NCBI GenBank assembly: GCA_043822785.1
Contig: JBDRBN010000132.1
Span: forward strand, 1-31,313
Direction of reading: 5' to 3'
From: Pseudomonadota bacterium
Lineage (GTDB): Bacteria > UBA10199 > 2-02-FULL-44-16 > JAAZCA01
DNA: 31,313 nt
Of this stretch, positions 1 to 7,203 are shown piece by piece (positions within the stretch are counted from its first letter, which is position 1; the number at the start of each line of letters is the position of its first letter). The translations under genes and the position numbers were made by a program. The notes beneath the pieces were generated by a model. The model did no database searches, had not been told where the DNA came from, and saw only the letters and a list, made by a program, of their open reading frames with translations.

Positions 1-579
1 TGGAGTAACGTCGTACTGCAAGTTCCGGATATTAACAGAATGAGCGCCAAGATTCCTGTTGAGGTGATTGACGCATGCGGAACAAGGGTAAACAAAGAAG
101 CCGAACTCAAGGTGCGCTGGCCGGAAGATCCGCTAAAGGACAATTCGTTATATACGAGGATATCGGCCGAGCAGGCGTGCAATACAAACCCGGATACGGA
201 TTTGGAAATTCGCTTATTCAGCGGTAAGACATTTGTTGCCAAAGCCCACTTTGAACTGGATGATATTCCTTGCGACCAAACCTTAAGGTATTGGGAAGCT
301 AAGACAGAGAGTACTGATGATGTAGGAAGCTTTGATACTACGAACATAGATAAGATCGAAGCGCATACCAGTAATCCTTATATTGCTGAAGATGATGATG
401 GAGCACTTGGATTGTATATAGCCGGTCTTCATTTAGCTTCTAAATACTGGTATCGCGAATGGCCTGACTGGACTAACCCCACCTACTTTTATGGAACACA
501 AGGCACTGACATAACAGCCTATTTTGGAGGATGGCAGGTCCGGTGGGCAGGTGTTCCCAAAGATCGCAGGACGTTCTAA
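1..579 (+). CDS. 3' part of a hypothetical, possibly secreted protein (open from the window edge)
   Basis: Frame is open from base 1 (WSNVVLQVPDINRMSAK...) to TAA at 577-579. The WSN..VP motif resembles the end of an IPT/TIG domain (weak). A terminator follows. Confidence 0.7.
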   Translation, partial: WSNVVLQVPDINRMSAKIPVEVIDACGTRVNKEAELKVRWPEDPLKDNSLYTRISAEQACNTNPDTDLEIRLFSGKTFVAKAHFELDDIPCDQTLRYWEAKTESTDDVGSFDTTNIDKIEAHTSNPYIAEDDDGALGLYIAGLHLASKYWYREWPDWTNPTYFYGTQGTDITAYFGGWQVRWAGVPKDRRTF

Positions 580-583
580 CAGC

Positions 584-616
584 AGGGAATGGGGAATAGG
601 GTGTAGGGAATAGGGA
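584..616 (+). repeat. Heptamer tandem repeat (GGGAATA family), single purine-rich arm
   Basis: agggaat ggggaat agggtgt agggaat aggga; same family as 9565-9683. Confidence 0.8.
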
Positions 617-626
617 AAAAACTTCG

Positions 627-659
627 GCCGGTAAGCGAATGCGCTTACCGGCTTTTTTT
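627..659 (+). terminator. Intrinsic terminator
   Basis: Perfect 11-bp stem GCCGGTAAGCG-aatg-CGCTTACCGGC followed by T7. Confidence 0.85.
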
Positions 660-660
660 A

Positions 661-861
661 TCAAAGCGTTGCGGGCTCTACTTGTTCTACTGGAGCTTTG
701 CTTTTCTCGCCGGTCTCGCTGGTCTCGCCCAATTTCGTCCACTCCTCTTTTTTCCACAGATTATTCCGCCACAACAGAACATTGAGCGCAATGAAGGTAG
801 CTGTATTGTGCACACCTAATGCGATTTTTAAAAGAAATGATTTTATAGGTTTTAAATTCAT
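661..861 (-). CDS. Possible small hypothetical protein (66 aa)
   Basis: ATG-initiated ORF with a hydrophobic stretch, downstream of the aldolase. No clear RBS. The C-terminal part is encoded by 9-bp GCGAGAnnn repeats. Confidence 0.3.
   Translation of the reverse strand: MNLKPIKSFLLKIALGVHNTATFIALNVLLWRNNLWKKEEWTKLGETSETGEKSKAPVEQVEPATL
702..728 (-). repeat. 9-bp tandem repeat (GCGAGAnnn family)
   Basis: Three TCTCGC units at 9-bp period on the plus strand. Confidence 0.7.
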
Positions 862-873
862 AATGTACGTTTT

Positions 874-947
874 GTCATCGCGAGCCCCGCCAGGGGCGTG
901 GCGATCTCCTGGTTTTCATGAGATTGCTTCGCTTCGCTCGCAATGAC
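874..947. repeat. REP-like branched palindrome GTCATCGCGAG...CTCGCAATGAC, copy 1
   Basis: Terminal inverted repeat with internal hairpins. A second copy lies at 3403-3481. Confidence 0.85.
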
Positions 948-949
948 AA

Positions 950-1636
950 TCACTCAATCAAATCCAAAAGAGTTTGTGATATCTGCTGGCCAAGCGTTCT
1001 GGCCTGCTTTGTAAGCTTATGCAGCTGGGCCTTTGTGAGCGGCTCGATAGAATCCATAGAGCTCACAAGATACGCCACGTTTGCTATGTGTTCAAGATGC
1101 TCAAGCCTGTTGTATGCATCTTGCAAATCCTTGCCCAAGACCAATACGCCATGCCGCTGCAATAAGAACGCATTGTGTTTTTTAAGAAACGGAGCGAGCT
1201 CTTTGCACATCTCCACAGTGCCAGGTGTAGCATAGGGCACCGAAGGAACTGGACCTATGTATATGGCGAGCTCAGGCAAAAGCATTTCTGTAAGCGAGAT
1301 CCCGCCTAGCGAGCACGCAAGGCAGTAATGCGGATGCGCATGTATGGCTGCGTTTATATCTGGACGCACATGATATACCTCTCGATGCATAGCTATCTCT
1401 GAAGAAGGATGATCATTTGGATTGAGCGGCACGCCGTCAGCATTGCATGCTACGATCGAATCAGCATCCACTGCATCCTTTCGCGTGGAACCAGGTGTTA
1501 TGAGAAACCCGTCTTGTTCGCGCACCGATACATTGCCGCTGGTAGCCACAAGATAGCCGTGCTCATAAAGCCTGTGGCATACATCAGCTATGGCCTCGCG
1601 ATTGTTCTTCTTCCACTTGTGCGCATCCATATTCAT
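950..1636 (-). CDS. Class II aldolase/adducin family protein (FucA/MtnB-like)
   Basis: Motifs SGNVS, ITPG, PSSEIAMH, HAHP and QRHG (Zn ligands). ATG at 1636 overlaps the upstream TGA. Confidence 0.9.
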   Translation of the reverse strand: MNMDAHKWKKNNREAIADVCHRLYEHGYLVATSGNVSVREQDGFLITPGSTRKDAVDADSIVACNADGVPLNPNDHPSSEIAMHREVYHVRPDINAAIHAHPHYCLACSLGGISLTEMLLPELAIYIGPVPSVPYATPGTVEMCKELAPFLKKHNAFLLQRHGVLVLGKDLQDAYNRLEHLEHIANVAYLVSSMDSIEPLTKAQLHKLTKQARTLGQQISQTLLDLIE

Positions 1637-2667
1637 CAAACAGTTCCTATCTCTTCTACCTGTTCGATCATGCCCTTGTCATCAAAGACCTTGCGCCTGT
1701 CGTGCGCACCCATGAACAAAAGCCCAAGCGAAATCCAAAACGCAGCGCGCAGCCTCTTTGCGATTTGAATGGTGATGCCGATAGACGGATCAAGGTGCAA
1801 AAGATATAGCACGCCGCTGAACGCGCCTTCCATTACCCCAAAGGCCCCTGGTATGAATGCGAATACAGCCATGACCATAGGCGCCAAGGCTGCAAGCATG
1901 AGCGCAGCAAAGATCGAAAACTCATCGCTCACCACACGGCCTATGGCATAGATCTCAACCACGCCCAATAGTCTGCCAAAGATATGGCAGGCAAGAGCTA
2001 CGAGAAAGCCGCGATGGTTCTGATTATAGAAGTCCACGATATGACTATCCAGCTCCATGATGCGTTTGACCGTACGCTCAGAGAACTCTTTCTTTATGCC
2101 GATCCTTTTGCAGAAGTTGAGCAAGAGGCCGAACAAACCGCGCCTCTGATGCACGAGAAGAAATCCCATGAAACCGCATGCTATCACCAGCACTATGGGA
2201 ACGCCGTAAGTGATGTTTGCTGAAAGCTCATCGAATTTTAGAAACGCCACTATGATGCCCAGAAGAATGGTTACTAGTATAGCAATGCTCTGCAGGGTAC
2301 GATCCACCACTACCGAAGCTGCGCCTTCTGAGACAGGAAAGTTCTTCTTGAGAAGATAGATCCGCATGGGATCGCCGCCTATGAAGTTGGCAGGCGTGAG
2401 AGTGTTTACGGTTTCGCCTGAGATCTTGATGCGAAACAGCTCGAAGAACCCAATTCCATCGCTTAGGCGATTGAGAAAGATCATCCACGCTATCGTATAT
2501 GAAACGTAGCCGAGCCCGCTTATGCACAGGATGGGTGCAAACCGCCACCCAAGGGCCCTGATGTTATCAACGATCGTATTCACGCCGACCTTGCGAATCA
2601 AAAGCATAAGCAATACAGCGCCAATGATGAGGAAAAAGAAGCGTAAGTGTCTTGTTAGTTTTTTCAT
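1636..2667 (-). CDS. UPF0104 / lysylphosphatidylglycerol synthase TM-domain (flippase-like) membrane protein
   Basis: Multi-TM protein with motifs NTLTPANFIGGDPMR, SVVVDR and IPGAFGVMEG typical of the family. Confidence 0.85.
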   Translation of the reverse strand: MKKLTRHLRFFFLIIGAVLLMLLIRKVGVNTIVDNIRALGWRFAPILCISGLGYVSYTIAWMIFLNRLSDGIGFFELFRIKISGETVNTLTPANFIGGDPMRIYLLKKNFPVSEGAASVVVDRTLQSIAILVTILLGIIVAFLKFDELSANITYGVPIVLVIACGFMGFLLVHQRRGLFGLLLNFCKRIGIKKEFSERTVKRIMELDSHIVDFYNQNHRGFLVALACHIFGRLLGVVEIYAIGRVVSDEFSIFAALMLAALAPMVMAVFAFIPGAFGVMEGAFSGVLYLLHLDPSIGITIQIAKRLRAAFWISLGLLFMGAHDRRKVFDDKGMIEQVEEIGTV

Positions 2668-3386
2668 AGTATGAATGTGGGGTTGTCGGTTATTGTTTTT
2701 TCTGCAATTTCCAGGTCAGCTGGCGTATCTACCTCAAGCCAACCCATGCCTGAAACATCACAGATATTTATTTTTGTGTTAGTTCTTGTCATAAGCGCGA
2801 GAGCGGATTCTACAGCTGCAGCATTTCCTTCACTTTTTCTAGCTTCGCAGACTGCGTGTTTGTACATCGTCAAGGAGGCATTTGAACAGAAGGTCATGCC
2901 TATATATCCTCCATCGTATTCTGAAAGCGTCTTTCTGATTCCCTTAAGGCAACCATCTTCGCCCAGCTTTACCTTCATGTCGTCAGAGCCGAGCGTGCGA
3001 TCAAAGTCACACATGGCCGTGATTTCTTGTGCGCTCTCGATTATATGCCCAAACATCCTTTGCGGGTAGATGTGGTCCACGTTCATGAGAAGAAAATCCT
3101 CCTCTATAAATGGAAGAGCTGTCTCAATAGTTCTTATCGAGCCATCCCTATAGTTGGGGTTGTGAACTGTTTTTACTTTGTGACATTTTTCTTTGATAAA
3201 GCTTGCCAGGCGCTCGCCTTCGTAACCTGTCACTACTATGCGATCTGTAATTGCCGGATGATCTAAAAAGTCAAAGGCGCGCAAAATGAGCTCGCGCCCG
3301 ACAACCTTCACCAAGGCCTTTGGACGATCTTTTGTAAGATCGCCAAGCCTCTGTCCCAACCCCGCTGCAATAATGACTGCTAACAT
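2664..3386 (-). CDS. Nucleotidyltransferase (LicC/IPCT-like cytidylyltransferase family)
   Basis: AAGLGQRL..LTKDRPKAL, NVDH, DDMKV and WLEVDTPADL motifs. ATG 3386 is preferred because ATG 3407 lies inside the REP. Confidence 0.88.
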   Translation of the reverse strand: MLAVIIAAGLGQRLGDLTKDRPKALVKVVGRELILRAFDFLDHPAITDRIVVTGYEGERLASFIKEKCHKVKTVHNPNYRDGSIRTIETALPFIEEDFLLMNVDHIYPQRMFGHIIESAQEITAMCDFDRTLGSDDMKVKLGEDGCLKGIRKTLSEYDGGYIGMTFCSNASLTMYKHAVCEARKSEGNAAAVESALALMTRTNTKINICDVSGMGWLEVDTPADLEIAEKTITDNPTFIL

Positions 3387-3402
3387 AATTGATTCCGATT
3401 CT

Positions 3403-3481
3403 GTCATCGCGAGCCCGCGTGAGCGGGCGTGGCGATCTCCATGACTTCGGGGATTGCTTCGGGCTGTGCCCTCGCAATGAC
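3403..3481. repeat. REP-like branched palindrome, copy 2
   Basis: GTCATCGCGAG...CGTGGCGATCTCC...GATTGCTTCG...CTCGCAATGAC, conserved with 874-947. Confidence 0.85.
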
Positions 3482-4125
3482 TACGTAAATATCTCCTTCA
3501 ACTCCGAAAGCGTCGATATCACTCGTGCCTTTGGAAATTGGTGCATAAACTGATCTCGAGTAAAGAAACCCTCTTTAGCAATAAAATTGATTCCAAAGCC
3601 TGCTGCCCTCTCACCGTCCTTTATGGAATCACCCACAAAAGTCATGCACTCGCGCGGAATTTCGAGTTCTTTCTCGATGTGGCTAAAGTGCGCAGCTCCT
3701 TTGTCAAAACCTTCTTTAAAACCCAGGATGGCATCGAACTTTATGCCCTGCTTTTTTACGAATTGATCTACCAAATGCTGAAAGTTGTTGGACGAAACAG
3801 CCACCTTGATGCCCAGCTCTCTCAAATGCTTTACGGTATCATAAGCATCTTCAAACAGCGGCTCCTCAAAATAGCCTTCGAGCTTTATCTTTTCAAACTC
3901 CTCTGCAGTCTCCTTATTTGCAGGATGGCCAGGAAACAGAACCTCAAGCTGCTGAAAGAAGGGGATGCCAGATGTTTCAAAATACCTGCGCCGCGCAGAT
4001 TCAGAATCGATGTTAAGCCTGCGCGGCATAACCTTGGCAGCTATATCAGCAAACGTGTTCATCGAGTCCACGATCGTGCCGTCAAAATCAAATATCACAG
4101 CTGTATTTTCATAAGTACGATTCAT
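3481..4125 (-). CDS. HAD-superfamily hydrolase (phosphatase)
   Basis: Motif I DFDGT, motif II VSSN, a conserved Lys, and motif IV VGDSIKD. Confidence 0.9.
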   Translation of the reverse strand: MNRTYENTAVIFDFDGTIVDSMNTFADIAAKVMPRRLNIDSESARRRYFETSGIPFFQQLEVLFPGHPANKETAEEFEKIKLEGYFEEPLFEDAYDTVKHLRELGIKVAVSSNNFQHLVDQFVKKQGIKFDAILGFKEGFDKGAAHFSHIEKELEIPRECMTFVGDSIKDGERAAGFGINFIAKEGFFTRDQFMHQFPKARVISTLSELKEIFT

Positions 4126-5471
4126 GCACTTTGTCCTTCTGATTGCATGCCAGCCTCAGCAAAGCGCTTGTCGCGCGATGTTCGCCACGCCTGTATGTTG
4201 AGATACGTAAGAATAATCGCAGCGAGAGTTGTGCCAAACGCTGTTATAAACAACCACCAGTACAGGATACCTGCAACTGCAAATACGAGAAAGCAAAACG
4301 AGAACACATCCTTCTTGAGCGTGTATTTTCCAAAACGTATGAATGTCAGTAAGAACTTAGGGCCTGTCTTAAGCTTAGCAAGGTAATCCTTGTCAAATGT
4401 GGCAAGGCTTGCTGACTGGGTGTTCTTGACCAGGTAGCGGATCATCCAGAAGAGGGTGATGGCGGTGGTCGTGAGCATGATGGCGCCTACGTAAAAGGCT
4501 AGGGGTGAATGGGTGGAGCGCCAATATCCTGCGATGAGCCCTGTGAGAAAGCTGCCCAGAGACAGGTTGTCAGAAAGCGAATCAGCGTATTGGCCAAACT
4601 TTGTGTACCTGAAGGTGAGCTTTGCCACTTCGCCGTCGCAACCGTCTACGATGGATGCGATTTGAAAGAGCACGGCTCCAAATAGGATGACCTCGTAGCG
4701 ATGGCCATCAGCCACGAACACGCCTGAGAACAGGCCTATGACTATGTTGAAAGCCGTTATCGAGTTAGGGCTGATCCAGAGTTTTGACAGGAAGAGGCTG
4801 ACAGGCAAGGAGATGCGCTTGTTAATGTGCACGGCTATGGGGCCGGGTGCTCTGTGGCGTATTGCCTCAGCGAGGGATTTTTCCGCTACAGCCCGATCTC
4901 GTATGCTCTTTAACAAAAAAGTATTGGATTCAGCAGGCAGCTTTGCCACGCGCGTAGTAGCGACTTCAGTTAAGTGCCCCAGGCAGCTCTCAATGGAACG
5001 CGGCTTTTCTTTGGTAAAGGACTCTAATTTCTTCCACACGCCTTGCGATGTGTCGATTACAGGACACCTGTGTGCACCTTCCTCGCACAGAACTACTTCA
5101 TCGTCTTCAATAGGCATGGAGCGCATCTCTGAGACCATGCTCTTTTCAAACAGGAAATTTGCGTTGATGAGGAGCATGCGCTTGGTCGTAGTATCTGCGA
5201 TATTGCGGACTATGGCTGGGCTTACTCGATAGGGTTCGTCATAACTTATGATCTGTATCAAAGGCAGGCGCTTATCATTATATCTTTCAAGAAAGGATTC
5301 GATCTTATGACGCTGGGATGCTGCGATGAGCAGCGTGCAGCCATCGATTCCGGCGCTTGCCAAAGTCATGATGCTGCGCACGATAAGCGGTACGCCAGCC
5401 ACTCTCAGTGTGGCCAGGGCCATGGCCTCAGGCGTATCTGAGGGAACATATATTATTGCACTGCTTTTCAT
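4122..5471 (-). CDS. CDP-alcohol phosphotransferase with a degenerate N-terminal NTP-transferase-like domain (IPCT/DIPPS-like architecture)
   Basis: Signature DGCDGEVAK-x8-G-x3-D-x3-D, plus SPNSIT. The N-terminal LRVAGVPLIVR lacks the GxGxR loop. Start at ATG 5471 is inferred. Confidence 0.88.
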   Translation of the reverse strand: MKSSAIIYVPSDTPEAMALATLRVAGVPLIVRSIMTLASAGIDGCTLLIAASQRHKIESFLERYNDKRLPLIQIISYDEPYRVSPAIVRNIADTTTKRMLLINANFLFEKSMVSEMRSMPIEDDEVVLCEEGAHRCPVIDTSQGVWKKLESFTKEKPRSIESCLGHLTEVATTRVAKLPAESNTFLLKSIRDRAVAEKSLAEAIRHRAPGPIAVHINKRISLPVSLFLSKLWISPNSITAFNIVIGLFSGVFVADGHRYEVILFGAVLFQIASIVDGCDGEVAKLTFRYTKFGQYADSLSDNLSLGSFLTGLIAGYWRSTHSPLAFYVGAIMLTTTAITLFWMIRYLVKNTQSASLATFDKDYLAKLKTGPKFLLTFIRFGKYTLKKDVFSFCFLVFAVAGILYWWLFITAFGTTLAAIILTYLNIQAWRTSRDKRFAEAGMQSEGQSA

Positions 5472-5539
5472 ATTAATGTAGCGCCGAGAACTAGCAAAAC
5501 CCATTGAAACTTGTAAAGAAAATTCGAATTTGGAGGACC

Positions 5540-5569
5540 TTGACGCCCCTCATACATATGTGATAGCAC
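5540..5569 (+). promoter_or_regulatory. Possible sigma70 promoter for the radical SAM gene
   Basis: TTGACG-N18-TAGCAC; resembles the TTGACGCCC...TAGC promoter at 10484. Confidence 0.35.
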
Positions 5570-5598
5570 GCGCAACTCATTAAATGTTGTCCGGTCCA

Positions 5599-5625
5599 CG
5601 TTGCTTGCGTTGCTGGCTTTGCTGG
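5599..5625 (+). repeat. 9-bp tandem repeat (CGTTGCTGG-type)
   Basis: cgttgcttg cgttgctgg ctttgctgg just upstream of the radical SAM start. Confidence 0.55.
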
Positions 5626-5652
5626 TATATGGACAGTTAAAGTACTCAATTT

Positions 5653-6624
5653 ATGAATATTGAACCTATAAGACATAAATCTCCATCGCCTTTGAGGGGG
5701 TTTGGGTATTTTTTGCGCTGCAAGGTGCGAAGGCTGCCTGTGCTCCTTAATATTGAAATCACAAAGAAATGTAATGCCCGCTGCTCATTTTGCTCGTGCT
5801 GGCGGGCAGATACGCCAGGACCTGAACTCGAAGATTATGGCCCGCTGGTAAAGAAGTTTAGGCCGGTTCTGGTGTCTGTGTCCGGCGGAGAACCGCTGGT
5901 GAGAAAGAACTGCATGGAGATATTGCGCGGGATCCGACCGCATTGCCACTACCTAGCTCTCATCACCAATGGAGCTCTTCTTAATGAGAAGAGCGCGCGG
6001 TTGCTTGTCCAGGCTGGTGTTGACCAGATCTGCGTTTCGCTCGATTTTTTGGGCAGGAAACATGACGAGGCAAGGCGAGTTAAGGGTCTTTATGAACAGC
6101 TTTCAAAGATAATTCCGGCGCTAACCAAGGCGGGCTATAGGATTGCTCTCAACACCATTATTATGGAATCAAACTTAAGCGAGATTTTGCCCATCGCTTA
6201 TCGCGCACGTGAGTGGGGTGCCATGGTGTCGTATTCAGCTTTTTGTTCGCTCAAGCGTAATACAGAAGATGGCATGGTTGCGCAGCGTCGTTATACGCAG
6301 CTGGTGGGCATTGTAGATGAACTAAGACATCTTAAGCGCTCGCTCGGTCATGTGAAGAATTCGGATTATTATCTGCGCAAGATCCCAGCATACTTTCGAG
6401 ATGGATATGTGCCTGGCTGCAAGGCTGGTTTTAATTGGCTGCAAGTGACGCCCGATGGGTTTTTGCAGCAGTGTTCTGAGCTTCCGCGACTGTGTCATTT
6501 TTCTGAATATGATCGCCATTCAATTAAGCCTTCTGCATGCACCAAATGTTGGTATACGTGCAGGGGCGAGGCAGAGGCGAACCCGCTAGCGCCAGGCCGG
6601 CTGCTTGAGCTGATTAGAGCATAG
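5653..6624 (+). CDS. Radical SAM protein with C-terminal SPASM/Twitch-like cysteine cluster
   Basis: CNARCSFC, SGGEPL, ITNG; C-terminal CKAG...C...CTKCWYTC. Confidence 0.9.
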   Translation: MNIEPIRHKSPSPLRGFGYFLRCKVRRLPVLLNIEITKKCNARCSFCSCWRADTPGPELEDYGPLVKKFRPVLVSVSGGEPLVRKNCMEILRGIRPHCHYLALITNGALLNEKSARLLVQAGVDQICVSLDFLGRKHDEARRVKGLYEQLSKIIPALTKAGYRIALNTIIMESNLSEILPIAYRAREWGAMVSYSAFCSLKRNTEDGMVAQRRYTQLVGIVDELRHLKRSLGHVKNSDYYLRKIPAYFRDGYVPGCKAGFNWLQVTPDGFLQQCSELPRLCHFSEYDRHSIKPSACTKCWYTCRGEAEANPLAPGRLLELIRA

Positions 6625-6629
6625 TCAGA

Positions 6630-6800
6630 GCGGCTAACTACTTACGGCTAACGGCTGACAGCTGACAGCTAACGGCTAACGGCAATAACAGGTATTATGA
6701 GCTGTTTGCCGTAAGCGAGTGTAACGAGCGAGCCGTAAGTGAGCAAAGCGAACGAGCTGTTTGCTGTAAGCGAACGAAGTGAGCGAGCTCCTAAGCTGTT
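6630..6800. repeat. Composite heptamer inverted array (GCTAACG/GCTGACA) with nested GCGAGCGAAGCGAGC-like units
   Basis: Left arm ggctaac/agctgac units. Right arm gccgtaa/gctgttt units interrupted by three related ~17-bp inserts. Related copy at 10345-10429. Confidence 0.8.
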
Positions 6801-6899
6801 TTTCCCCTTGCATGGCATTATAAATGTTTGTATATACGGCCAATATATTTGAGAACGAAAACAAATCGTTATCCCTAATTGGGGAAGGAGGAGGGGTAG

Positions 6900-7115
6900 A
6901 TGAAAAAGTTTCTAGCGGTACTCGTAGTACTAGGTCTTTGCGGGCTGTATTGGTATGGCTGTCAGAAGAAAGAGGCACCGACAACTGGCGAGGGTGCAGA
7001 ATCAGCAATAACTGAACCGGCACCAGAAGTAATACCGCCTCCACCGCCGCCACCACCACCACCACCTCCGCCAGCTGCAGAAGGTGAAGGCGAAGGTGAA
7101 ACAGAAGCACAGTAA
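6900..7115 (+). CDS. Small putative lipoprotein with a 13-residue polyproline tract
   Basis: Strong RBS GGAGG, signal-like MKK plus hydrophobic core plus YGC, mixed Pro codons, followed by a terminator. Confidence 0.8.
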   Translation: MKKFLAVLVVLGLCGLYWYGCQKKEAPTTGEGAESAITEPAPEVIPPPPPPPPPPPPPAAEGEGEGETEAQ

Positions 7116-7140
7116 CTAGTAGTCAATGCAGTGCAAATAC

Positions 7141-7180
7141 AATGTGCCCCCCAATGTTCTTTGGGGGGCACATTTGTTTT
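7141..7180. terminator. Intrinsic terminator between convergent genes
   Basis: AATGTGCCCCCCAA-tgttct-TTGGGGGGCACATT followed by a T-rich tail. Confidence 0.85.
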
Positions 7181-7203
7181 TAATTCTTGATTGTTTTATT
7201 AAC

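Noticed and set aside
3271..3477. 68-aa minus-strand ORF
   Set aside because: Translation of the REP running out of frame into the nucleotidyltransferase gene.
3538..4386. 282-aa plus-strand ORF
   Set aside because: Antisense shadow of the HAD and CDP-alcohol transferase genes; the same applies to other antisense ORFs in the track.
6630..6800. CRISPR array
   Set aside because: The putative spacers are about 17 bp and similar to each other, the repeats are degenerate heptamers, and no cas genes are present.
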